A stretch of DNA of 64,000 bases from Podarcis cretensis (GCA_951804945.1 OX638164.1:7998001-8062000), one strand, 5' to 3'; positions 49,885 through 61,845 are shown, counted from the stretch's first letter. Translations and numbers: made by a program. The notes: generated by a model from the sequence alone, not told the origin.

Positions 49885-51982
49885 CTGAAATATATGGAGA
49901 GAAAGCAAAAGAAACAAAGGGCAAAGTGACCAAGAAGCAAAAGGCGCCTTAGTGGCAGAGACCAAGGGCCACACTGCTCTGTGGACGATCTTCCATTGGT
50001 GGGCAGGGCCAAAGGCAACCGCAAACAGAGCAGTAGATGTGGCATTAACTTTCTGCAGTATGTTACATTTCAGCAATGCAAAGGCAGAGGTTTCTAAACA
50101 CACACATTTCCCCATTCCCTATCCAGGCAAGCAAGACGTATTATCACAGTTCAATGATGCATTCCAGCTTTGCAAAACCACTCAAAGATGGGTCAGAGCA
50201 AGAGCAGTTTGAAGGTCCAGTATGTAGACTCAAAGCATGTCTACAGCCTACTAACTTATACACTACTGCCCACTGAAGGTATACATCTCAGCTGGGATCC
50301 AAATAACGGCACTAGTTCTGGACACACAGAGGGGTATTCAGATCTGTTTCTCAAACAGCGAGCCCCCAGTGTCACACAGTAAGCTGTCAGAAAGCTAAGG
50401 GGAGCACCTCCGTGTTAAGGGATTGGAGAAAGGTCCAATCATCAATCTTCAAAGATTGACAAGCTGTCCACTTGCTTGGGGCAGGGTGGAGGGAGAGAAA
50501 TTGTTCCCTTGACTTCACTTTATAATATTGAAGGAACACAAGATACAATAATTAAGCCCTGATCTCGGTCGATTGTTCACAATGATAATTCCACCTTTGT
50601 AATGCAAGCTTCAAATAAACCCCCTTTGTTCTGTCTTAGAACGCAGATTCTAGTATCATTCAAGTATATTAACTGGAGCCTATTACTGTCACATAGAAAT
50701 GCTCCCTGAGCCATAGCAAAGAACTCCCCAGACAAAACTTTATGTCATGTTAATCCAAGCTTTAATAACTAGGAGAATATATAACTGTATTCTAATTGCG
50801 CTTTGTGCTTCTGCATACAAAAACCCCCTCAAAGACATAAAAAATGACATACACAGCTTTCTTCAAACAGAGCAGTTTAACACCCCAAATTTGGGTGTTT
50901 AGGAGTTTTCTTTTCCCCCTCCTCAAAAGGGCAGTTTAAAACAGACTAGCATTAAAAAGGTGGTTGACAGTTAACGCCAAATAAAAAGGATCAGGCAGAC
51001 ACTAAGAGGGAAAAGGGGAGGGGAGGGACTGGGCACAGCTGTGATTTTGGCAACAGAAATCAACGCCCTCTAAGAGAGCACTTAAACAGGAATCATCAGT
51101 ATTATGGAAATCTTTCATATTTAATTCTAGAGTGCCAGCTATAAAACCTTACAGGATAAAAGGACCATAACAAGACAGACCATTTTGTTAACTTGATGCT
51201 TTGGAAAATAAAGAGCCTGGGCAATTAACATACTGTATTTCCATATGAATGGCACAAGGCCCAGAGAGTGGTAACAAAGGCCTTCTTGGGTCATACTTCC
51301 CTTATCCTTAAAATGGGTTGGGATTTAAAATCTCTTTGCTATTGATCTCCCTTAAGTCAAGAGTATGGTACACACCTAATTTCCAGTGGCAGCGTTCCAC
51401 AGAACTGGGAAGGACTGGGTTCGCGAAGCTTGCTGAGTAACCTGGGACAGTTCTAAATAATCTCTCAAAACTAATGCACATCATAGGGTTATAAAGGGAG
51501 AGGGGCCTCTGTATGCACCCCAAATGCCTTGGAGGAAGGATGGGACATATATGAGGGTGAAGGACTCATCTGTTTTGAGAACTGTTGGCATCCATCTGTC
51601 TTGAGAGACAATGAAATGTGGCTGCAGGGACTGGTAACTCCTAACTGCTGCCTCCTGTGTTGTTTTTGCTGCATTAGAAGCACCCAAGTGACATCTCCGG
51701 GGTGCAAGCCTGGGCAGTGTGTATGGAGGTCCTGGGCTGCCCAAACAACAATACCACCCTCTCGGCTTTGCTGATGTGGTCCAACTGAAAGGAAAGCAGT
51801 ATGTGTGGCACCAGCTTGGCTGCAGGAGTTGCCAGAAAGAGGCATACAATACACCATCCAACCATCTTAGGTACTCTGCTCTGGATTTGTGTAGGGTTTA
51901 CTCCTTAGTTGGGGGTGTGAAAGTAGCAGCCTTATACACAGTCAGACCATCTCCTAGTAAAGTTTGAGTTGACAGTGGCAGT

Positions 51983-52034
51983 ACCCCAATGAAGAGATAG
52001 GAGAGTGAACCCCAATGAAGAGATAGGAGAGTGA
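51983..52034. repeat. Perfect 26-bp tandem duplication
   Basis: accccaatgaagagataggagagtga twice. Confidence 0.95.
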
Positions 52035-52337
52035 TTTTGATGGTCCTTCCACAGAGATTTGTGGAATCCTATGGATACCTGAATGCTCTGGGGATTTTCT
52101 GGTTGAAATGTTTGGTGCTCCTATTGAGGCTCTAGTTCCACTAAGGAATGGAGAGATGGGCAGGACCGTTGCCACGATTGCCACCAAGTGTCCTCTCAGG
52201 AACTGTGGAGCACGAAGTGCTCCCTTGTTTTCCAGTGAGCTTTGGATGGTGAAACCGGCAAGATAGCAGGTAGAGAGCAGACCGTGAATGTCTTGCAATG
52301 AATGTGCTATAGCACAGGCTATAGCACATAACTGTGC

Positions 52338-52351
52338 CCACCAGGTGGCGG
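52338..52351 (+). promoter_or_regulatory. CTCF core motif
   Basis: CCACCAGGTGGCGG is a full match to CCASYAGRKGGCRS. Confidence 0.55.
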
Positions 52352-52405
52352 CGGTGAAGAAATACCACTTCTTCTGCACAACTGGGTCCTTGAATAGCCC
52401 TCTGG

Positions 52406-52595
52406 TGTAGTTGTAGAGTTGGAAGGAACCCCAAGGGACATCTTGTCCAACCGCTGCAATGCAGAAACTACAACTAAAGCAAACATGATAAATGGCCATC
52501 CAACCTCTGTTTAAAAACCTCCAATGAAGGAAAGTCCTCAACCTTCCAAAATAGCCCATCCTGCTGTTGAACATCTCTTACTGTCAGAAAGTTCT
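52406..52595 (-). mobile_element. CR1 LINE 3' fragment
   Basis: tgtagagttggaaggaacccc...atggccatccaacctctgtttaaaaacctcca...ctcttactgtcagaaagttct is homologous (inverted) to 23543-23773. Confidence 0.85.
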
Positions 52596-52596
52596 A

Positions 52597-52713
52597 TCGC
52601 AGAACTGTAGAGTTGGAAAAGACCACAAGGGTCATCTAGTCCAACCCCCTGCAATGCATCATTCTTTAGCCCAATGCGATTACAAGTCTCACGCTCTGCT
52701 GACTGAGCTATCC
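52597..52713 (-). mobile_element. tRNA-Lys-derived SINE with CR1 tail (internally deleted)
   Basis: gtcatctagtccaaccccctgcaatgc...agtctcacgctctgctgactgagctatcc. Confidence 0.7.
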
Positions 52714-53232
52714 ACTGTCAATATTTGTTTATATTAAGAGCAGGGTCAGAATGCACAACATGTTTTTCTTCCACTCAAAGATAGCTTCCTATGTACCCAC
52801 GAACTGAGTGGCAATGTGCTCTTTGGCTGTTTCCAAAGCCATCCACTGCGATGAGGTGAAATGCTTTACATATAAACACACTTTTCTATCCTCTCAGCCC
52901 CCAAGCCCGGAAGGCATTCCCAATGCATTAATGCCATTAAGCAAACAGCTAATGAAAATAAATATTTTACATTATTTACTCATTACTGATTTATGCCTGT
53001 TAATCACAATAAAGGCTTGCTTTGAAATGACATTTAAAATGGTCTCCATATTTTAGCTAAAGAGCGCTGACAACTCAACTAACCCTTCTCATTCTTTCTT
53101 GTGAAATGCTCTGCAGCAAGGCAAAGTACATGTTAAAGCAACCAAAATTCCTGTCAGCATGAAAGACCCATTTCTGCCTCAATGTATGAGCTCAGTGTTC
53201 TTTAAACCTACAAAGGTAATCTCTGTTTTATA

Positions 53233-53267
<35 letters not shown>

Positions 53268-54162
53268 AGATTGAGTCAGTCACTCCAACAAATTGCCCCA
53301 TAAACACTGTTCTTGAGGGACAGTTATAGACACACAATTTATTTATGGATCAATCTCTGGGAGATGTTATTTGTTCAAAACAAAACAACTTGTTAGTTTT
53401 AAAGGGCTTGTGAAAAGCAGACCTGCCGCTTGAAGGGAAGCTTCTCAGCGCTGTTATATCCGAGAGAAATGCCCCCAAACTGTTTCCATTTCGGACAGGC
53501 TACCCCTCTACCTAAGCAACATGTCTTGTTTCATGATAAGAATCGAAAATGCTTTTGATATTCTCAGTGAGGGTTATTCAGAACAATTTGGTGTGGTGAT
53601 TAGAACGTCAATCCCACTCAATCACAACGGCTGCTGGGTAACAATGGACCACTCACCATTTCTCAGTCTAACCTACTTCATAGGTTGAATAGAAAGTTGT
53701 AATAAAATTGTTAATGTATTTTCTTACCCTCATAAATGCCACCTACCCCCCCCCAAAGAACACACATGAGGGAGGAACAAATGCAATGTATATACTGTTT
53801 TCTCCTCGTCAAATTAACAAAAATAATGGTAACAATAGCAGCAAATGATCACCAGTAATTGAGAAGAAGTTGAGAACCATCTCTGTTCACAGAAACTTAA
53901 AAATCCAAGCCCATGAAGTCAGACAGGTAGGAAGCTTGCCTCTAAAGAAAAGTAAGAATCAACCAGGTGACTGCAGCCCACTTTGAGGAGAATGTGGATA
54001 TAAATAGTAATTACTTCAGGACAGAGATAAATGTTACAAGTGTTTAGCTCATATGCATTTAGCAAAGACAGCTGCCCCAGTCCATACTGAGGAAGAGTCA
54101 CACAGAGACAGAACACTACATTCACATTTTGTTTCTGGCTTCCTTGTGTTTTATATAAGATA

Positions 54163-54533
54163 AAGGTAAAGGTAAAGGTACCCCTGCCCGTACGGGCCAG
54201 TCTTGACAGACTCTGGGGTTGTGCGCCCATCTCACTTAAGAGGCATGGGGCCAGCGCTGTCCGGAGACACTTCCGGGTCATGTGGCCAGCGTGACATCGC
54301 TGCTCTGGCCAGAGCCAGAGCCAGAGCCGCACACGGAAACGCCATTTACCTTCCCGCTGGTAAGCGGTCCCTATTTATCTACTTGCACCCGGAGGTGCTT
54401 TCGAACTGCTAGGTTGGCAGGCGCTGGGACCGAGCAGCGGGAGCGCACCCCACCGCAGGGATTCGAACCGCCGACCTTTCGATCGGCAAGCCCTAGGCGC
54501 TGAGGCTTTAACCCACAGCGCCACCTGCGTCCC
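54163..54533 (-). mobile_element. Full-length Sauria SINE (Squam1), young
   Basis: Minus strand starts GGGACGCAGGTGGCGCTGTGG (A box), has GGTTCGAATCC (B box) and ends in (ACCTTT)n. Perfect 13-bp TSD tttatataagata at 54150-54162 and 54534-54546. Confidence 0.95.
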
Positions 54534-55562
54534 TTTATATAAGATACGCAGACATTATTGAGCTGCAAGCTAAGAAGGGGGGAGGGCGGCTATAAAGATC
54601 AAACACACATGCTCTGAGTGTCAGGAAATTTCAAAAACAGCTCCTTAAACCCTCCAGACTCTAATTACAGAGAATCTTCAGAATACTTCCTGCAGTAAAT
54701 CCAATCATCATAAAATAAGAACACATCTTACTGGGAATAGGTTTTGTTTATTGGCATGAACTAACTGTATACAAATGCAAATTTCACCAGATTTGTTTAG
54801 ACGCACGTGTGTGCAAACTCACACCAGACACAAACAGGAAAAAGCCAGGGAAAGAAAAGGGAGTTTCCTGCACCAGGAAGACAAGGAGCCATGTTCTATG
54901 ACATCAACAGCCAATTAAGACAGAAAGCGTGGCCAAATCTGCCGGCCATGAGGTAATGGAAGCATTAAAGAATTACAAATACTTGCTTTCTTCATGCTGG
55001 TGGCGTGTGTGTAAAACAGAGGCTGCAATCAAAGGAACACAGGAACCGGCCTTATACCAGCCAAAAGATATCTTCACCTAGTCAGTACTGCCTAGTAAGT
55101 AAATCTGTCTCTTTAGACTTTACTAATGTTGGTACCCATATAAAAAGTGTTATTAGAAGATCACTTCAGAGAAGATGTCTGAAAACTTACATGGCCTCCA
55201 GAATGAACTCTTGACTCCTGTAATCTGAAACCCACCCACATCAAATAACACGTAACTTTCGGACTTTTTTTTCTTTAGACTGTCATTTCTTTGTGTAAAG
55301 TTTATACATAAAACTTCAGGAATCTTCATGAGAGTTGCCTATGTGCATGTCTGCCCCCCACCCCAGTTTTCTTCTTTGCACTGACCATGCAGAACCCCAG
55401 TGCAACCTGGGACTTTAAGCAGCATTTTGGGAATTTGCTGCAAGCATCTACTAAGATGTTTGAATTTAACACTATCAATTCCTGAGCAAAACATATATTG
55501 GTTGCACACTTCCGATTCTTGCCTTCCATCTTTCCTCTCCGCTTTCCTGTTTTCTGACAACC

Positions 55563-55708
55563 CAGTGCCGTAGCGTGGGGGGTGCAGGGGGGGCCGGCCG
55601 CACCGGGCACAACATCTGGGGTTAGGGTTAGGGGGCGCAAATCCACGGGTTAGGGGGCGCAAATTACTTGCCTTGCCCCGGGTGCTGACAACCCACGCTA
55701 CGCCACTG
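55563..55708. mobile_element. 146-bp hAT MITE containing TTAGGG repeats
   Basis: TIRs CAGTGCCGTAGCGTGGG / CCCACGCTACGCCACTG (16 of 17 match), with a perfect 8-bp TSD tgacaacc. Confidence 0.92.
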
Positions 55709-57339
55709 TGACAACCCACATTTCTATATGAAAACTGGAAAACCTTCACTGTGCTTCCCCCATCTCTGTATGATCCACAGTGAACTCTGGAGTGTCTCTG
55801 GAGTGTGCTTCTGCATTCCTTCAGAAGCAGTGCTGGGGCTTGCAGCTCATAATCACCCCTCTTGCTTCCTTTGGAAGGAGAGGGGATGTGCAGGCAGCCT
55901 ACATCTTTCAGCTGGGATACTAGCACTTCCTAGCTATTTCAAGTTCCTATTTCAAGCCACCTGGGTTGAAAGAGGTTCCCCAACCGTCCTCTAGGAGGAG
56001 AAGTCTGAGGTCTTTTTTACCACCAAGAAGTGCAAGGCTGCAGCCCTGTTTAGCTCTTATGTTTCACACCAAGTCTCAGGATGCGATTCAGCCTGTTGAA
56101 CCTTACAGAGAAAGAGTCACTTAGAATCACACTCGGGATTTCCCTGTAAGCTGCCTGTTGTGGCGTGGGGTTATGGCAAACAGTTGATCTTTCAGGGAAG
56201 TCTGGTCCATCAAGACTATTTTTTCTTGCTCCCTCATTTGAGAGGAAGGGCAGGACAGTAAATAAATAAATAAATAAATAAATAATCAACTTCCAAAGGA
56301 ATCCCAGATTTCAGCTTGAGAAATTAATGTACTAGTCATTTATGCTTTTGATTTTTAAACTCAAATTTCTGAATAAAATGACCTGCCTTGTGCTGCCCTT
56401 TCATTAAGGGTTGATAATAAATGCATATTAATTAATTAATTACAGCATAAATCAAAGACATTCACCGTCTTGAGGCTACAAGCCCACATATATCAGGGGT
56501 GAACAACTTGTTCAGAACTGACGTCTGCTTGAGAAACCAGAGGCAGGAGGGTCACACTAAACTTGAATGTTTTAATTGCACATACTTTGCAGAACCCAGC
56601 AGATGCAAAACTACTGTTAGCAGATGTCCTGCACTTATTCTTACAATGCTCTGAAATTGTTTCCAACCCAAATGTGAAAAACATGAACTGAATAATACTG
56701 ATACAGAGACTTCTTCACTCCTCTCTCAAACACTGTTGTTACGGAAGTTCTTCTATATAACAAACTGAACTATAAGAAATAGAATGTTCTTTCCATGGAG
56801 TGCATTCAAGAAAAAGGGAATTAAAAAAAGACTAAGTAAGGAAAATCACTCATCATGGGGTGATGCCTGGATCAATTAACAAGGAACATAATGAATCTGC
56901 CCTTCTGTTTGCTTAGCTGCTTGATTCCAGTTCTTTCAGACTCTTACTGTCATAATGTTGAACCTGTGACTACATTCATGAGTATTAAGCATTTACTTAA
57001 AAGAAAAGCTCAACATTTCAGGATTCAAGAATAGAAGCAATCATAGGTGGAAATAAAGAATTCTCTCTCATACATAAATATTTACTTACTTCTCTTTTGT
57101 ATAATATAGATGTATGGTAAAGGTCCACATTAAGTATTGCACTTCAGTCTTGTCCACAATCCCTCCCCAATGTTTGACCCATCTTCCCACACACCCTAAA
57201 CTTGCAAAGTTAACAGCACTATGGAAACAACTAAAGCAGGAATAAGACAACTGGGAGAAGAGCCCTAGAACGTGCTGTAATAAACCAAATTCAGGACACG
57301 CAAAATATAATAAAACAGAGTTCTCCAGAGTACCTAGTA

Positions 57340-57480
57340 AGATGACAGTGTCAAAGTAGGACTGGGAAGACGCGGGTTCAAATTCCCACTGATTCATGTT
57401 AGGGATGTAAAAATGTAGGGAAAGAATCACGTGTGCTGTCCTGAGCTACTTTAGAGAAAGGATAGGATTATAAAATAAAA
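57340..57480 (+). mobile_element. MIR/Ther1-derived SINE (Squam3-like), degenerate
   Basis: gtgtcaaagtaggactgggaagacgcgggttcaaattcccact...gctgtcctgagctactttagagaaagg...ataaa. Confidence 0.6.
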
Positions 57481-59842
57481 TATATAGTATCTTGCTTGTG
57501 GAAAACTTAAAAGGATCATCTTCTCCCACCTGAATTTCAACCTGCCCAAAGTTTAAAATTCATATCAGTGGCACTTCTGTACATCTCTGCCTCCAGGTGA
57601 ACTCAGGCAGGTGGTGATTGGGAAATGAACTTTATTACACCGTGATGATGGTCTATTTGAGGAATGCCCTTCCTGGACCAGTAAAGGAAGCACCAACCCT
57701 TGTATCATTCAAGAGACAAGTTCAAATGTATCTGTCTGAGAGGGCTTTCAATGGATAGAAGAAGTTATACAAAACTTGACATTTTATGTCTCTTATTTTT
57801 GATGGATAGCTTACACTTGCCTTTAAGTTTTAGATTGAAGGTAATAATTTATTGTTCCTGCACATTTATCTTTCACATTTTCATTGTTGTTGTAAGATAC
57901 TTTGAATATGATTTTAATACAACAGCAGCTAGTAAATGTTTTAAATGAAAGCATACATAAATAATTATCTTCTCCTTCTAAAAAACCCAAAACCCAAAAT
58001 AAGAATGCTTGTAGACAATTAATTATGTATACACAAAGTGCTCAGAAATAATAAAGCAATTCATTAACACAATGAGTTAAATTTTAAGGTGACTAATCTC
58101 TCTCCTTTTCCTCCCCCTCATTTGGCTTCAGTGAAGAAATACCACTATGACACTGCACACACTTAAATACATTTCAAGTCTGAAGCGTGTGATTTTTGGT
58201 CCACTTCCAAAATAACGTTAGCTGGTGGTGTGAAACATCTCTTTCAATTTTCTGCAGTGGATCTCCCTGGACAACACCAGATAAAGAGGCAATTTATCAT
58301 TCAGCTGAAGGTTGTGCGTAATGCATTATCTGCCTTCCATGAGGATCGGCACATTTTGTGCAAGCCCTCTGTTTCTGCAGAATGACCTACAATCCTCCAT
58401 TTTGAGACACCATGGCAACACCAAATTAACACAAGGAGAGGACTCTTAGGCAAACACATTTATTGATTGCTCAAAATCTTGCCATTCATAATTCTATTAT
58501 CTCCCATGTCCTCTCAACTTCTTTATACGTACAAGAAGGCAGCAATCAGAGGTCAACCCTGAGGGGAAAGCCCTGTGAGAATATAAAATAAAATATACTA
58601 ATAAAGTACGGACTGAGGGGGTTGTAGTGTTCACCAAGCATCACTTTCTACCAGGGCCTCCTTTAAAAACAAAAAAAAGGCCAATAGATTATGGGGAAAT
58701 ATTTTTTATTTTTTATTCTACACTGCTTTTCCACTTCCAGAGGGCCCTCATAACAGCTCATAAATGAATCGGTATTAGTGAATGGGTAAATGGCACAAAT
58801 GGATGAAAGGATTCAAACTCCAGATTTATAGAATCCACCCTTTCCAGATTCCTTTTGGACTGGAGGTTGACCTCTCAGGAGTTCTGAGATGGCCCAGAAG
58901 AGATCTGATCACAGCAATTCCCTGTTCTTTCCTTCTACCACTTCCATAACTTTAGCAAGGCAACGAGGTGCTTTTCAGGAAGGGCTCCCAGGGATTGCCA
59001 TGAGGGGATCTCAGGTGCCTCACAGAAGCTTAGGAGAGCCAGGGATGGGAGGCGTGTCACTGATTCAAAATGGAACCAGTTAAATATGGTTGATTTTGGA
59101 TTTCTGCCAGTCATTCTCCAAATTAATCTGCTTTAAAAAGAGATCCAAATTGTTCCAAATTGTACCTTGGCGAGGGAGCACTCATCCCTAGTTAGTGGAA
59201 ATTGCAATTAAAACAACCCAGAGTCTAGTCCATCCATTGAGCTATTTGTCCTGCCCTTAGACTGCTTGCTCTCACAGATCAATCAAAACTAGGGTATTTT
59301 TGTGGAAGAAATATCACCATCTTTGATCTGCCAATCATCACTTTGAAATCACCAAATGAATGAGAAAAGGAGAGACGCGGGGGGGGGGGACGGGGGACGG
59401 AGGGCTGGAAGCATGAGCTAAACATACTCTATACATTCAATGATAACTGTGAGTGTGAAATGCATTTCAACAGGCTTCTCCAATACCATCAACTTGCACA
59501 CCACCATTCAGACTCAATTTAAAGGATATTTATAAAGACAATACATTGAAAGATTTCTTTTCAGACTTATTTATTTTTGTAGAATGGTTTAGATTACTTT
59601 TGTCATATGCTCTTCAGCAAAACGGATACTCTCCATTCCATATATATTGGAGGCTGCAGATTAGTTTTAGCAATGCCCATGCGTTACAGTTGCTCAAGGG
59701 AGAAAAGCAATGACAGCGCTAGCCTATCGGTGCTCAAATAATAATTTGGTTCAGTGTTTTTTAAAAGAAACTGACTTGGTTCCACTGGACCTGACTTCTC
59801 CCCCCCCCTCCGCAGTTACTCTTATTTAACATCTCTATGGAG

Positions 59843-60020
59843 CATAGCTGTCAACCTTCCCTTTTTTTGCGGGAAATTCCCTTATTCCAGCGCTGCTTCC
59901 CACTGCTATCCTGGATTGTTAGATATCCCATAGACTGTCCCCAGGACAGGTGAGGCTGCTGATCCCTTATTTTCGAGGCTGCTGATCCTTTATTTTCAAA
60001 TCTGAAAGTTGACAGCTATG
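59843..60020. mobile_element. hAT MITE
   Basis: Perfect 13-bp TIRs CATAGCTGTCAAC / GTTGACAGCTATG, with 8-bp TSD ctatggag/gtacggag (6 of 8 match). Confidence 0.85.
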
Positions 60021-60048
60021 GTACGGAGTACCATTGGAGGAATGGAAC

Positions 60049-60084
<36 letters not shown>

Positions 60085-60125
60085 AACTGGTAACTCCAGT
60101 CAAAACTATCTACCAGATCTCCATT

Positions 60126-60258
60126 CATAGAATCATGGAGAGACCCCGAGGGTCATCTAGTCCAAACCCCTGCAATGAAGGAATATTTTGCCCAGTGTGG
60201 GACTCAAACCCACAACCCTGAGATTAAGAGTCTCGTACTCTACCTGCTGAGCCATATC
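60126..60258 (-). mobile_element. tRNA-Lys(CTT)-derived SINE with CR1 tail
   Basis: Minus strand gctcagcaggtagagtacGAGACTCTTAATCTCAGGGttgtgggtttgagtcccac matches the tRNA-Lys(CTT) anticodon and T arms. It ends ggactagatgaccc...atgattctatg. Confidence 0.85.
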
Positions 60259-61845
60259 CATCTTTTTTAATCCTGATAGCTGGTGTAAGCAGCATCTGAG
60301 GACTGCCAGTTCTTTGTCCTAGGGCCCAAGCAAGACCTGGCCTCAGAAGAAGAATGAGGCCACCTTACTGAACCTAAGTAAGTCTGGATGTGTGGAAGAG
60401 TGACTGTCTGGGAACTACAAATATGCCATAATGGAAAGAGATGAGTGATACAAAACTAAATTAAAAACATTTCCTAGACACATTTGTGACAAGCACCCTC
60501 TATCAGATCCCAAGAAGCCACATCCTTGCAGAGCTCAGACAGATGGTTCCCAAAGAAGGAGAAGTGCTTGCTGGCCTGCCTGGGAACTGCCTCTTTAAGG
60601 GATGGAAATTAGTTAGGGATGGAAACCTGAAGTGGTTTTTTAAAGAGCTGTCACCAATAAAGCATGCAGAGTTTTTCACCTGTCCCACTCATGCCCCATG
60701 CCAGACTCAGGAACAGCAATCCAAATAAGCCCAACAACTAGGCATCTCTGCAGAACTCCAGATATCTAGCCTTCTAGTTTACAGCCCAACATCAAGAATC
60801 AGCTTGCTCATCTCCTTGCCTTCAGGCTGGACAACCCCAGCTGGCCATGTATCCCTCAGAGTTTGAGGTTCCTGACAAGTCTCACATAGGAACCAGAGGA
60901 AGCCTTCTACACTTCGCTTCTCATTGTGCCTTGCACTCCCAAGCAGGACATATGGGACTTGACAGAATGACACAAAGATCTTGAGCACTCAAGAGCACGA
61001 GAGATACAGATTTCAAAAGTATGGCCAAAAAACCCCACCTCCAACAAGGTCCTCAGCATCAACTAGTTTTATGAACACATGCTGCTCATTTACACCGAGT
61101 CAAAGAGTCAAGTCTGGAAGTGCTTTGACAAAGCTATTGTTACCATCGCAATAGCAGGCTTTTCGGCACTGTTCAAAACTAACAGTTAAGAAGTACAATT
61201 GGCAACTGACAACTTCAGCTTTCCCCTCTTTTCTTCTGTACTCACTTTTTTCCATAGAGACCCAATCTCTCTTCCCCTCTTTTTCTCCCCAAGATGTATG
61301 TTTTCAACTCAGATATAATGTCGAGGGTGTCAAGGTCACACAGAAAAGAGTGTTTTAAAGCTTTCGCAGTAAATCCAGTGCAGCATGCAGCAGACATTTT
61401 GTTTAGTATTACCTCCAGAATTACAGATGGCCACACGAAAAACAACCCGTAGCTCACGGAGGTAGAGTTTTTAACAGCACCGACTTTACTTCACTTTGTC
61501 ACTTTCCCTAAACCAGCGAAGTTTGTCAGACTCTGAAGGCTGAGCCGAAAGAATTGCACACAATACATTCCATCATTCACTGTGCACAGCCTCCGCTGCC
61601 CTTTCCCTAGCGCCCCCTTGGCAACATCTTGGCCAGGCAAGGAGTCAACTTTGTCCTCCAGACTAATTTCCTGATGCTCAGAAAGGAAATCAACTCTACA
61701 TAGTCTTTGGCTGGCTTCAATCAATAATCTCCATAACTTACCAGTGCAAGTTTTCAATGGTTTCAAACTACATTTGCCCTTTACAGGGAGATAAAATAAA
61801 CACAGAGAAAAGGTGGTCCTAATACAGGGCTGCTGAGTAAGATAA

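Noticed and set aside
51954-52574. 206-aa minus-strand ORF
   Set aside because: It begins inside a CR1 fragment and runs through a tandem duplication, with no recognisable domain or exon structure.
23543-52595. Inverted CR1 fragments on either side of the MSI2 exon as circRNA drivers
   Set aside because: The copies are short, diverged and 29 kb apart, and a 49-nt exon is too small for efficient single-exon circularisation.
60185-60258. tRNA-Lys(CTT)-like sequence
   Set aside because: The acceptor stem is broken and it is fused to a CR1 tail, so it is a SINE head rather than a tRNA gene.
61605-61626. CTCF-like AGGGGGCGCTA on the minus strand
   Set aside because: The 5' half (tgcca) does not match CCASY, so it is too weak to call.
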